Below are positions 38,790 to 48,467 of a DNA stretch of 64,000 nt, one piece after another (positions within the stretch are counted from its first letter, which is position 1; each line of letters opens with the position of its first letter). The stretch lies in the NCBI GenBank assembly GCA_965228975.1, contig OZ245851.1, forward strand, positions 2,933,953 to 2,997,952, written 5' to 3'. The notes beneath the pieces were generated by a model. It did not search any database and had not been told where the DNA came from. It was given only the letters and a program-made list of their open reading frames with translations. The DNA is from Alphaproteobacteria bacterium (GTDB taxonomy: Bacteria; Pseudomonadota; Alphaproteobacteria; UBA8366). Both the position numbers and the translations under genes were made by a program.

Positions 38790-39659
38790 TCAGTTCCCGC
38801 GGCGCTGCGCCTGCACGCGCTGGTACACGCCCTCGATATTCATCGTCCGCCACTCCTTGTAGCGCCCCCAGCCCTTGTATTCTTCGAGCGTCAACGACGC
38901 CTTGATCTCGTCGAGCGACCTGCCCGCCCGCGCTCCCGACAGGACGCCATCGTAGAGATCCTGCAAATATCCACGATGCGCGGTCACGTCTGCCTTGGTG
39001 CCGAGCTTGCCGTGTCCGGGCGCGAGGATGTCGAAATCCTGCGCCTCGACCACCTTTAGCGCGTTGATCCAATCCGGCCAGTAGGAATCGGTCAGTGTTT
39101 TGTAGGGCAGCCGGTTGACCGTCACGATGTCGACCGCGAAGAGCACGCGCTCCGCCGGGAAGCGCATGACGATCGTGTTGTCGGAGTGACTCTTGCCGAC
39201 ATAGATCAGCTCGACCTGCTTGCCGCCGAGTTCGATCGTCATGCGGTCCGAGAAGGTGATGTCCGGCGGCGGCGCCGGCCGCTTCTCGCCGACGATCGTC
39301 CGCTTGGCCTTCTCATGGCCGACATAGAGCGCGGTGTCGGCAAATGCGTCCGCGCCGGCGATGTGATCGCGGTGATCGTGGCTGTAGATGACGTATTTGA
39401 CCGGTTGGTTGAACCGTTTGGCGATCTCCGCCTTTAACCAGGACGCCGCTTCGGCATTGATCGGGTCGGTCACGATCACGCCTTTCGGCGTCACCATGAA
39501 GACGGAGAAATGGAACTTGTTCTGGAACCGGTACACATCGCCCGCGATCTTCGTGATCGAGCGTTTCGCGGCTTGCTGCGCCTGTGCCGGAACCGTTTGC
39601 ACCGTCAAAACGAAAACGGCCGCGACTGCGGCCAAAATACATCTGAAAGAATTACGCAT
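38790..39659 (-). CDS. secreted metallo-beta-lactamase-fold hydrolase
   Basis: Signal peptide MRNSFRCILAAVAAVFVLTVQTVPAQA and HxHxDH motif YSHDHRDHIAG. Confidence 0.8.
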   Translation of the reverse strand: MRNSFRCILAAVAAVFVLTVQTVPAQAQQAAKRSITKIAGDVYRFQNKFHFSVFMVTPKGVIVTDPINAEAASWLKAEIAKRFNQPVKYVIYSHDHRDHIAGADAFADTALYVGHEKAKRTIVGEKRPAPPPDITFSDRMTIELGGKQVELIYVGKSHSDNTIVMRFPAERVLFAVDIVTVNRLPYKTLTDSYWPDWINALKVVEAQDFDILAPGHGKLGTKADVTAHRGYLQDLYDGVLSGARAGRSLDEIKASLTLEEYKGWGRYKEWRTMNIEGVYQRVQAQRRGN

Positions 39660-39769
39660 CGATATGCCTCCCGATTATCCGTCGACAACCGTGCGGGAGG
39701 GTAAAGCGGAATGCAATATGCAGTCGCGCCGTTGTGATTATGCGCCGGTGCCGTTCGCCGGGCCCCGAT

Positions 39770-40471
39770 TCAACCGATATGCCGATTCAGGAATTCAACC
39801 GTTCGACGCCATGAATCCTTGGTCGGGCCGTCGCGGTAGGACTCCTCCGACGTAAAATTCTGGAAGGCATGCCCGGCCCCATCATAGCGGTGGAACTCGT
39901 GCGGCACGCCGAGCCTATCCAGTTCCGCGTCGATCTTGTTCACATCTTCCGGCGACGGGTTGGGATCGTCGTTGCCGTAGAACCCGATCACCGGCACCTT
40001 CAAGTTGCCCAGCCGGTCGAAGGGCGACGGACCGTCATGCCCCCAGGGCGCGAACATGTTACCGCCGTAGTAGGCGACGACGCATCGGAAGACCGGGTTC
40101 ATGCTGGCGCCCAGATAGGCGTGCCGCCCGCCCATGCAATGGCCGAGGATCGCGGCCCGGCCAAGATCGGCACGACCGGTACTTTCCAGCCAGGCGACGC
40201 CTGCATTCGCGTCGGCGATCAGCCCATCGTCGGTCAGGGCTTCGCGCCGCGCCGTCCGGTCGAGCCCTTCGGGCTGGCGATGAAATATGTCCGGCGCGGC
40301 GGTGATGTAACCTTCCGACGCCAGCTTATCCGCCAAATCGAACTCAAAATCGTCGATGCCGCCGCCGTGGATCGTCACCAACACCGCCGGAAACGGCCCG
40401 TCTCCCGCGGGGGACGCGGTGCAGATGCGCATCGGGCTGCCGTCGACTTCCACTTCGACCAATTCCGCCAT
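39770..40471 (-). CDS. dienelactone hydrolase family protein
   Basis: FPAVLVTIHGGGIDDF..., nucleophile context ILGHCMGGRHAYL, and C-terminal His in YDGAGHAF. Confidence 0.85.
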   Translation of the reverse strand: MAELVEVEVDGSPMRICTASPAGDGPFPAVLVTIHGGGIDDFEFDLADKLASEGYITAAPDIFHRQPEGLDRTARREALTDDGLIADANAGVAWLESTGRADLGRAAILGHCMGGRHAYLGASMNPVFRCVVAYYGGNMFAPWGHDGPSPFDRLGNLKVPVIGFYGNDDPNPSPEDVNKIDAELDRLGVPHEFHRYDGAGHAFQNFTSEESYRDGPTKDSWRRTVEFLNRHIG

Positions 40472-40524
40472 AACACCCTCCTGTTGCTACCCGAATGCCG
40501 GAGAGCCCGGTTGTTTAGGGCTGG

Positions 40525-41559
40525 TTATCCGGCATAGAACGGCCGGCCGCTGTTCCGGAACCACAAGCGCACGAGATGCCGCTTCCGTTCCGGTTCCGGC
40601 CAATCCTTGAATGCGGTCCGGCGATGACCGAGCCGCGTGTTGTTGACGATCTGGATCTGCCCGCGCTCGAACGCGAATTCCTTGTCCATGCCGGGCGCAT
40701 TCATGATGCCGAGCATGGCGTCGATCGCCTGCCGGCTCTCGGCATCGAACTCCTCGCCGCGCATCTCGAAGGCCTGCTCGATGAGCCGTTCGGAAAACCG
40801 CACCGACAACCGCCCGTCGATGCATCGGAAAACCGGCGTTTGCGATATCAACGCGTCGTCCTCCGCATGCTCTTGCTGGCGGTCGAAGTAGAACGGCTTG
40901 TACAACCGCTCAAGCAGCTCGGGATGCCGTTTTCGCAACTCGTTATGCACGGTCTGGAAACTCACCAATCCGCTGACGCCGCCTTCCATCGATGGCTGGA
41001 AACACATCAACGCCACATAGTCCGGCGCCATGTCGTAGGCGTTGTCGGTGTGATAGCTCTGGCCCTTGTTGGTGATAGACGACCGTACCCCGTTGCCGGC
41101 AAGCGGCTGCGCACCGGTATCCCGAACGTCATACTTCATCAAGCCGTTGTATTTTTGCGCCACCGCGCGGCCCAGCATCGAGCCGAGCAGCCAGTAACAG
41201 GCTTCGGCCTCCTCGGTGCTCAGGTCATCGAGCGGCAGCCGGTCGAGTATCGCGAACCCGATCCCGTCGTCGAGCCGATGCTTCACGTCGCGCATCAACG
41301 CGCGGCAGGCGTCCAGTTCGAAATCGTCCTGGCTGACCGCCAGCAGCGGCAATGGATTGTCCCGCAACGTCTGCGCGGCTGCGCGCAATTCATCCAGGCA
41401 ATCCTCCGTCAGAAAGACCTTTCCGCCGTCGGGAATATCGGTGTCGCCGACCCACGCCGCATCGCCCGCCACCTCCCGGTCCAGCATTGCCGTCGGGGTA
41501 CCCACGACCTTGACGCCGTCTGTCCGAAGTTCAGACATCACGCCTCCATATTCGTCCAA
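40525..41559 (-). CDS. TauD/TfdA-family Fe(II)/2-oxoglutarate dioxygenase (paralog 2)
   Basis: HxD in SYHTDNAYD, distal NNTRLGHRRT, C-terminus RHLVRLWFRNSGRPF. An alternative start is ATG 41538, just after GGAGG. Confidence 0.8.
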   Translation of the reverse strand: MDEYGGVMSELRTDGVKVVGTPTAMLDREVAGDAAWVGDTDIPDGGKVFLTEDCLDELRAAAQTLRDNPLPLLAVSQDDFELDACRALMRDVKHRLDDGIGFAILDRLPLDDLSTEEAEACYWLLGSMLGRAVAQKYNGLMKYDVRDTGAQPLAGNGVRSSITNKGQSYHTDNAYDMAPDYVALMCFQPSMEGGVSGLVSFQTVHNELRKRHPELLERLYKPFYFDRQQEHAEDDALISQTPVFRCIDGRLSVRFSERLIEQAFEMRGEEFDAESRQAIDAMLGIMNAPGMDKEFAFERGQIQIVNNTRLGHRRTAFKDWPEPERKRHLVRLWFRNSGRPFYAG

Positions 41560-41619
41560 AGTGTTGATTTGCCCGGAATCCTAGCCCCGGCCCGCTAGAG
41601 CCGTCAACTTGCGCCGCCG

Positions 41620-42210
41620 CTAAATCTTTCGGCCGCCATCCACGTCCTCGCCCCAGCGTTGCGGCAAACCGGACTCGATGTCGAACAGGTCCAGGACACG
41701 ACCGACGGTCTGGTTGACGACATCGTCCAGCGTCTGCGGGCGGGTGTAGAAAGCGGGTACCGGCGGGGCGATGATCGCGCCCATTTCGGTCGCCCGCAGC
41801 ATCGATTGGACATGCCCGGCATGCAACGGTGTTTCGCGCAGCATCAGCACGAGCCGCCGGCGTTCCTTCAACACCACGTCGGCGGCACGGCTCAACAGCG
41901 ACGAGGTTACGCCGCTGGCAATCTCGGAGAGGCTGCGGATCGTGCACGGCGCCACCACCATCCCCATCGTCCGGAATGACCCCGACGAAATCGCCGCGCC
42001 GATGTCGGCGATCGGGTAAACAACATCGGCTAACGCCTTCACATCCGCGGACTTCATATCGGTCTCGTAGGCGATCGTCATCTCGGCGGATTTCGACATC
42101 ACGAGATGGCTTTCCACCGGCAACTTGCTCAATGCCTCAAGCATCCGAATTCCATAGATCACGCCCGAGGCGCCACTGATGCCAACGATGAGTCGGGGTT
42201 TGTCGGCCAT
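41620..42210 (-). CDS. ubiX: flavin prenyltransferase (prFMN synthase)
   Basis: RLIVGISGASGVIYGIRMLEAL...; 196 aa, typical UbiX/Pad1. Confidence 0.9.
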   Translation of the reverse strand: MADKPRLIVGISGASGVIYGIRMLEALSKLPVESHLVMSKSAEMTIAYETDMKSADVKALADVVYPIADIGAAISSGSFRTMGMVVAPCTIRSLSEIASGVTSSLLSRAADVVLKERRRLVLMLRETPLHAGHVQSMLRATEMGAIIAPPVPAFYTRPQTLDDVVNQTVGRVLDLFDIESGLPQRWGEDVDGGRKI

Positions 42211-42216
42211 ATCGGC

Positions 42217-43887
42217 TCAATCCTTATCGAAGAAATCGGCGCCCAACACGTCGCGGATCGGAATTTGCGGATTTTCCAGCTTGCGCTTCCACTGCGCCGA
42301 CCGTTCGCCGTTCCGGAGATAGTCGCCCTGCGCAGCGCGTTCGGCGGCCAGGTCCCAATCGTCGTTCCAATCGCCGAGGGAATACCCGTACCAGGGGGAC
42401 TCCGGTTTGAGCGGCGGCAGGCCGAGCTTTTCCCACAGTTCCTTGGCGTGCTCCATGTATTCCTTCTTGGGCAGCGCGACCGGCGGCATGTCGGCCTTCA
42501 GCGTCGCGTCGATCAGCATGGTCGAGTCCGAGTCCACGCCTTTCAGCACCGGCCCGTGGCCGCGCGCGCGATGCTTCAGGATTTGCACGTCCAGGTCAGG
42601 GTTCGCGCGGTACGACAAGGCCCAGAAGACCGCATCGCCACTGTCGGGGTCGATATCCTCGTTGATCGCGATACAGTATTTGCCCACGGCCGGTTGCAAG
42701 GCCGAAATCCCATACAATCCGCGCCAGATCTCGGTGCGCGGCACGCCGCGCTCGAACTGCACGAAGACCACGCGACGAAGGTTCGTCAACGGCTCATGCA
42801 TCGAGACCTTCTTGACGCCTTTGATGCTGAGCGTATCGCGCAGATGGCTGAGGTATTGCGGTTCGTAGGCGACGCGCTTGATCACGCTCGACTCGCTCGG
42901 CGTGACCTGCGAGATGATCGAACTGATCACCGCGTCCTTACGCCGGGTGATCGCCGTCACCTCCATGACCAAATTGTATTCCTCAAGCGCCACATAACCG
43001 TGGGATTCGCCGAACGGTCCCTCGGGTTCGAGATACTCGGGGTCCATATACCCTTCGACGATGACCTGCGCTTCGGCGGGCACCATCAGGTCGACGGTCT
43101 TCCCCTTGGCCACGTTGATCGGACCTCCGCCCAGGCCGCCCGCAACGGACAGCTCGTCGACGCCCATCTTAACCTTGGCAGGGCCGGTGTACTCGACCAC
43201 AGGCGGACAGCCGAGAATGATCGCCACCGGCATTCGCTCGCCCCGTTCCTGATATTTCTTCCAGTGATAGTAGCCGCCCGCTTGCATCGACATCAGCATC
43301 ATCACGGCGACGCGGTCCGGGGCTTTCAGGTTGCCGCGGTAGACCCCCATATTCTGCACGCCGTCATCAGGGTCCTTGGTGATCCAGGTGGCCGCCGTAA
43401 AATAGGGACCGACATCGAAGCCCGGCGTGGAGATCGGGATCGGCAACGCGTCCAACCCCTTGCCTTCGCCTTTCACCTCATCGCCTTGCAGAACGATCTC
43501 GTGAACCGGCGCATCTTCGACGACATTGGGTTGAACGGGATTGTTGAAGGCGTGGTCCCATTGCGGACCGATATCCTCGACCCGGTCCACGCCGATGCCG
43601 ATGCGGTAGATCTCTGCGTTCGCCGCCAGCGCGCCGATGACGACCGGGATATCGTATGTGCGGCCCCGACTGTCCGTGACGTTATTGAATAAAAATGCCT
43701 TGCGCTCCGGCTCGGGGATACCGCCGCGGAATTGCCATCGGACCAACGGATGCATCTCCGTGTCCTTGTTGATCGGTGCGTCGATCGTCGTCAGCAATCC
43801 GGCCGTATCCAGCGCCGCGATATGTTCGTGGAGGTCGTTATAACTTCGTTGGCGTTTTTCGGCCGGGGTACTGTCGCTCATGGGCAT
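42217..43887 (-). CDS. UbiD-family prFMN-dependent (de)carboxylase, long form (556 aa)
   Basis: N-terminus YNDLHEHIAALDTAGLLTTIDAPINKDTEMHPLVRWQF with a UbiD fold pattern throughout. Lies 6 nt upstream of ubiX. Confidence 0.9.
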   Translation of the reverse strand: MPMSDSTPAEKRQRSYNDLHEHIAALDTAGLLTTIDAPINKDTEMHPLVRWQFRGGIPEPERKAFLFNNVTDSRGRTYDIPVVIGALAANAEIYRIGIGVDRVEDIGPQWDHAFNNPVQPNVVEDAPVHEIVLQGDEVKGEGKGLDALPIPISTPGFDVGPYFTAATWITKDPDDGVQNMGVYRGNLKAPDRVAVMMLMSMQAGGYYHWKKYQERGERMPVAIILGCPPVVEYTGPAKVKMGVDELSVAGGLGGGPINVAKGKTVDLMVPAEAQVIVEGYMDPEYLEPEGPFGESHGYVALEEYNLVMEVTAITRRKDAVISSIISQVTPSESSVIKRVAYEPQYLSHLRDTLSIKGVKKVSMHEPLTNLRRVVFVQFERGVPRTEIWRGLYGISALQPAVGKYCIAINEDIDPDSGDAVFWALSYRANPDLDVQILKHRARGHGPVLKGVDSDSTMLIDATLKADMPPVALPKKEYMEHAKELWEKLGLPPLKPESPWYGYSLGDWNDDWDLAAERAAQGDYLRNGERSAQWKRKLENPQIPIRDVLGADFFDKD

Positions 43888-44016
43888 CTCCTACGGCCTG
43901 GAGGCAATCCTTCGTATCGGACGATTGCCTCTTGCCGCTTATTCTCATCTAGCGTGTTCCGCGGCCAACCTTAGAGCATCGGCCTCCCGCCGCCAATTTC
44001 GACGATCAATGGCTCT

Positions 44017-44499
44017 CTAGAAGAAACGACCGAACCGGCCACGCTGCTTTTCGAAATACTGCTGATGATAGTCTTCGGCCATCCAGTAATCCGACGCCGC
44101 GGTGACTTCGGTGACAATCGGATCGCGGAACCGCCCTGATTTGTCCTGGGCATCCTTCGATGCCCGGGCGGCCGCCGCCTGCTCCTCATCCAGATAAAAT
44201 ATGGCCGACCGGTATTGCGTGCCGACATCCGGCCCCTGACGGTTCATGGTGGTCGGATCGTGGATTTGCCAGAACACGTCGAGCAGGGAATCGTAGGTCA
44301 CCACATACGGGTCGAACTCAACCCGCACGACCTCGGCATGGCCGGTCGCACCGCTGCAGACCTCCTCGTAGGTCGGGTTCGCCTTGGTACCGCCGGAATA
44401 TCCGACCGATGTAGATTTCACGCCATCCACCTTGCGGAACGACGCCTCGATGCCCCAAAAGCAGCCCGCTCCGAATATCGCCGATTGTGTCTCCGCCAC
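44017..44499 (-). CDS. msrA: peptide-methionine (S)-S-oxide reductase
   Basis: GTG 44499 follows GGAG. Active site GAGCFWGIEASF. The long ORF extension to 45099 is rejected. Confidence 0.9.
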   Translation of the reverse strand: MAETQSAIFGAGCFWGIEASFRKVDGVKSTSVGYSGGTKANPTYEEVCSGATGHAEVVRVEFDPYVVTYDSLLDVFWQIHDPTTMNRQGPDVGTQYRSAIFYLDEEQAAAARASKDAQDKSGRFRDPIVTEVTAASDYWMAEDYHQQYFEKQRGRFGRFF

Positions 44500-44619
44500 C
44501 TGCTCGCTCCTATCGCTGGAAGTTATGCGCCGTTTTCGACATGGTAGCAGGAAGCGCGCGGAACAAGTCACGAATTCGTTCGAGACCGCGATGCAATTGT
44601 CGACGGCGAGCGTTACAGG

Positions 44620-46002
44620 ATGAACGAACCGGCAAACGAGCAAGGGTTGAGATGCGGTCAGGTGCTGCTGGCCGACGGATGGGCAACGAATCAAACGGTC
44701 CGGTTCGGCCCGGATGGCGGGATCACCGGCATAACGGACACGACCGGCGCAGATGCCGCGCTTCCGGCGGCACGCGGGCCAGTCATACCTGGCATGGCGA
44801 ACCTGCATTCCCACGCTTTCCAATACGCCATGGCCGGGCTGGCGGAGGAAACGGAAAGCACAGGCGGATTCTGGTCCTGGCGGGATGTCATGTACCGGAT
44901 CGCAAACCGCATCGACCCGGACAGTTTCGCGGCGATCACAGCGCAACTTTATGCCGACATGCTGCGGCACGGTTACACGGCGGTCGGTGAGTTCCATTAC
45001 CTTCATCACGCACCCGACGGGCGGCCCTACGATTCGCCCGACACCATGTCGCTGGCAGCGATCGAGGCTGCCCGGCGGACGGGCATCGCCCTGACACACC
45101 TACCGGTGCTCTACGCCCAAGGCGGATTCGGCGGTGAACCGCCCGGCGAGGGTCAGCGCCGGTTCGTCCATGATGTCGACGGCTATGCGCACTTGATAGA
45201 CATGCTATCCGCCAGCGTCGCGGGCGATCCGGACATTCGTATCGGGATCGCGGCGCATTCGCTCCGTGCGGTGACGCCGGATCAACTCGCCAAGGCCGCG
45301 GACATTGCAAAGGCCGCCGACATGCCGATGCATATCCATGTGGCGGAACAGCCGAAAGAGGTCGCCGACTGCCTGGCCCAATTAGGCGCCCGCCCCGTCG
45401 CGTTGCTGCTCGACAAATACGACGTGGACAGCCGATGGTGCCTGATCCACGCGACCCACATGACACCCGACGAGACGGTGGCGCTGGCGCGATCCGGCGC
45501 CGTGGCCGGGCTGTGTCCGACGACGGAGGCCAACTTGGGTGACGGACTCTTCGACGCACCGCGTTTCTTGGAATACGCCGGTGCGTTCGGCATCGGCACC
45601 GACAGCCAAATTTGCCTCGACCCGGCACAGGAACTGCGGCTGCTGGAATACGGTCAGCGTCTGATACAAGGCCGCCGGGGCATCCTGGGATGCGGCGACG
45701 CGCATACCGGCGCCGGCCTGTATCAGGCCGCCATCCTCGGTGGCGCCCGCGCCCTGGGCCAAACGGCGGGCGCCGTCGCGGTGGGTCACCGGGCCGACTT
45801 CGTGGTCCTCGATCCCGATCATCCGGTGTTGGCCGGACGAAACCCCGACACGCTGCTGGACAGCTTCGTTTTTTCTGCCGGCGCGGGTGCCGTCAAAGAT
45901 GTCTTCGTCGCTGGACGCAAGGTTATCGACGACGGCGCTCATGCGGAAGACGCGTCGCTGAAACCGGCGTTCCAGGATGCGCTGCAAACGATAATCGACT
46001 GA
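44620..46002 (+). CDS. formimidoylglutamate-deiminase-like amidohydrolase (HutF-type)
   Basis: Metal motif NLHSHAFQYAMAG and amidohydrolase-superfamily layout. No other hut genes are nearby. Confidence 0.75.
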   Translation: MNEPANEQGLRCGQVLLADGWATNQTVRFGPDGGITGITDTTGADAALPAARGPVIPGMANLHSHAFQYAMAGLAEETESTGGFWSWRDVMYRIANRIDPDSFAAITAQLYADMLRHGYTAVGEFHYLHHAPDGRPYDSPDTMSLAAIEAARRTGIALTHLPVLYAQGGFGGEPPGEGQRRFVHDVDGYAHLIDMLSASVAGDPDIRIGIAAHSLRAVTPDQLAKAADIAKAADMPMHIHVAEQPKEVADCLAQLGARPVALLLDKYDVDSRWCLIHATHMTPDETVALARSGAVAGLCPTTEANLGDGLFDAPRFLEYAGAFGIGTDSQICLDPAQELRLLEYGQRLIQGRRGILGCGDAHTGAGLYQAAILGGARALGQTAGAVAVGHRADFVVLDPDHPVLAGRNPDTLLDSFVFSAGAGAVKDVFVAGRKVIDDGAHAEDASLKPAFQDALQTIID

Positions 46003-46211
46003 CCGCACAGTCGCCGACTGCCGCAATTGCCTGTCCGATCTCAGCGCGATTTTTCTTTCTTTTTTCTTCGAAACGCGATTTCCGATGCAAAAGAACCGCA
46101 GAAATCTGCGGATTTCAGGCGACCGCTGTTTACAGAATTTTAAACAAAACACCGATAGCTTGGTTAACAGCAGAATGCTGACCAAGTGGTTTTTATTCGG
46201 GGAACTGAAAA

Positions 46212-46466
46212 ATGGCCCGCCCAAGAACTGGAGCGATCGAGACCGAACCACAGGAAAAATACGTGGCAGGTCTCGCTGAACAAGAAACGGTCGCGGCGAA
46301 CGCCGACGCGGACCTCACGGACAAATTCGACTCCGTGCTCGACGAAGACAGCGATTTCGACGTCGAAGAAGACATCGCCTTCATGGGCGAAGAATACGAC
46401 GTGCTGGATATCGACGACGTCCTCGACATGTGCAATGTCGGGAAGCGGGAGTTTCTCGACTCCTAG
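46212..46466 (+). CDS. small highly acidic hypothetical protein (84 aa)
   Basis: GC3-rich codon usage (gac/ctc/gtc/ttc), ATG after GGGGAA, followed by a 9-bp hairpin at 46485-46509. The sequence is Asp/Glu-rich (DEDSDFDVEEDIAFMGEEYDVLDIDDVLD). Confidence 0.45.
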   Translation: MARPRTGAIETEPQEKYVAGLAEQETVAANADADLTDKFDSVLDEDSDFDVEEDIAFMGEEYDVLDIDDVLDMCNVGKREFLDS

Positions 46467-46592
46467 AGCCGCGAGATTCGGAATCCGCCGGCATCGCAGT
46501 TGCCGGCGGCGCAACTCCCAAGTCGCCAACGGCAGGATGCCGGCCGGACCTGCTATGCGGTTGACCGCCCGCCAGGGACATGCCGAATCCCC

Positions 46593-46606
46593 TTGATTGA
46601 TGTCAA
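46593..46606. promoter_or_regulatory. FixK/FNR(CRP-family)-type box TTGA-N6-TCAA
   Basis: TTGATTGATGTCAA matches TTGAT-N4-ATCAA at 9 of 10 positions. Centred about 70 nt upstream of the usp ATG (46669). Confidence 0.45.
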
Positions 46607-46668
46607 TGCCGTCTCGACGGCCTTCCCGCAGACTAACGCCAGTGATCATCCGTTCAGGAGTGAGTCTC

Positions 46669-47496
46669 ATGGCGTTGAAAGATCTTTTGGTGCACGTCAA
46701 CAATGCGCGTAGCGCCAAGGCGGTGGTTGGCGCGGCGGCGTCGCTCGCCATCCGCCATAATGCCCATATTGTCGGATTGGGCATTCGGCCGCCGCTGGAC
46801 ATGCCACGCTATGCCAGCGCCCGGTTACCGGAATCCGTCGTGGAAATAATGGAAACCCGGGAAAAGGAGCTGCTCGAGGCATCCGAAGAGGTCTTCAAGT
46901 CGACAACGGCCCACGCTGGACTGCAAGACCGCAGCGAATGGCGTACCGAATTGGGCAGCCCCCATGAAGTGTTGGGACTCCACGCGCGCTACGCGGATCT
47001 GACAATTGTCGCGCAGCATGAAACAGGCGGTGGCGACGGACGTTTCGCGGATCTCGCCGAGGACGTCCTGGTCAGCTCCGGACGCCCGCTGCTTATGGTT
47101 CCCTACATCGGCGCGCCAGACACTATCGGCGAGAAAGTGATCGTCGCCTGGAACGCAAGCCGCGAAGCGTCCCGCGCCGTGGCCGATGCCATGCCGATTT
47201 TGGACAGCGCTCACGATGTCGAAGTCTTCATCGCCAGCGGCGACGAGATCGGGGATTTGCCGGGTGCCGATATTGCGGCTCATCTCGCCCGGCACAACAT
47301 CGACGTGACGGTCTACGAGACACCGGCGAACAATGTTACGGTGGGCGATGCGCTGCTTAATCGTGCATCGGAAACCGGTGCCGATTTGGTGGTGATGGGC
47401 GGTTACGGCCGGTCGCGATTCCGCGAGTTCGTCCTGGGCGGCGTAACCCGGCACATGTTGCAGCACATGACCGTGCCCGTGTTAATGTCGCACTGA
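46669..47496 (+). CDS. tandem universal stress protein (UspA family)
   Basis: ATG 46669 follows AGGAG. Two Usp domains, with C-terminal G-rich ATP motif DLVVMGGYGRSRFREFVLGGVTRHML. Confidence 0.8.
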   Translation: MALKDLLVHVNNARSAKAVVGAAASLAIRHNAHIVGLGIRPPLDMPRYASARLPESVVEIMETREKELLEASEEVFKSTTAHAGLQDRSEWRTELGSPHEVLGLHARYADLTIVAQHETGGGDGRFADLAEDVLVSSGRPLLMVPYIGAPDTIGEKVIVAWNASREASRAVADAMPILDSAHDVEVFIASGDEIGDLPGADIAAHLARHNIDVTVYETPANNVTVGDALLNRASETGADLVVMGGYGRSRFREFVLGGVTRHMLQHMTVPVLMSH

Positions 47497-47543
47497 TCGG
47501 AGACCGCGAGACCGCGCGATCTCCCGCTTGGGGCGGCGATGCA

Positions 47544-48467
47544 ATGATCACCGTATTCGGCTCGATAAACGTTGATATGGTGATGCAAGTCGACGCATTG
47601 CCGGTGCCCGGCGAAACCGTCCTCTGTCCCGAATACATGATCGTCCCCGGCGGCAAGGGGGCGAACCAGGCCGCCGCCGCCGCCCGCGCCGGTGCGGCGG
47701 TCCGAATGGTCGGTACCGTCGGAACCGACGCCTTTGCGGAAACCGCCCTGAGCCTGTTGCGCGACAGCGGCGTCGATCTATCGGCAATCGCAAAGTCCGG
47801 CCGTCCGACCTGTTGCGCGGCCGTCTGGGTTGACAGCAAAGGCGAAAACTCGATCGTCGTGGCATCCGGGGCCAATTTGGACACCACCGCCGGTCAATTG
47901 CCCGCTGACACACCGGGTCCCGGCGATTGGCTCGTCCTGCAAATGGAAGTCCCCTTGCCGGAAAACTGGGCCGCAATACGCCACGCAAAAGCGAACGGCG
48001 GCCGCATCATCCTCAGCGTCGCGCCCGCCGGCCCGGTACCCGAAGAGATTCTCGCCGGGATAGACGTGCTGCTGGTCAACGAGATCGAAGGCAGAGCGGT
48101 CGCGGATGCCATTGGGCTCCGGGCCCGGGAACCGGCGCGGCTCTTGGCCGACCTCTCCGGCCGATTCGGCCTCACCGCCATAATGACGCTCGGCAAGCGG
48201 GGCGCGATCGCAATCGGCCCATCCGGCGGCTTCGAAGTGCCGGCGTTACCGATCACCGCGACCGACACCACCGGCGCCGGGGATGCATTCGCGGGTATCC
48301 TTGCGGCGGCTCTGGATAATGGGGAGTCCGTCCCGGATGCGGTCCGCCGGGCCAGCGTCGGCGCCGCACTCGCCTGTCAAACTATCGGCGCCCAAACGAG
48401 CCTGCCCTACCGTGCGGATATCGATTCGACGCTGCCGAAACTCGCGCCGCTTCGCCCTTTGGATTAA
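47544..48467 (+). CDS. rbsK: ribokinase (PfkB family)
   Basis: ITVFGSINVDMV, GGKGANQA and TGAGDAFAG motifs. Confidence 0.85.
   Translation: MITVFGSINVDMVMQVDALPVPGETVLCPEYMIVPGGKGANQAAAAARAGAAVRMVGTVGTDAFAETALSLLRDSGVDLSAIAKSGRPTCCAAVWVDSKGENSIVVASGANLDTTAGQLPADTPGPGDWLVLQMEVPLPENWAAIRHAKANGGRIILSVAPAGPVPEEILAGIDVLLVNEIEGRAVADAIGLRAREPARLLADLSGRFGLTAIMTLGKRGAIAIGPSGGFEVPALPITATDTTGAGDAFAGILAAALDNGESVPDAVRRASVGAALACQTIGAQTSLPYRADIDSTLPKLAPLRPLD

Noticed and set aside
42106-43692. 528-aa ORF on the plus strand
   Set aside because: It is antisense to the UbiD gene and has no recognisable motifs. It is a shadow ORF.
44500-45099. N-terminal 200-aa extension of the ORF containing msrA (44017..45099)
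   Set aside because: The extension overlaps the hutF-like gene on the other strand and has no MsrA homology. GTG 44499, with an upstream GGAG, gives a normal-length MsrA starting just before GCFWG.
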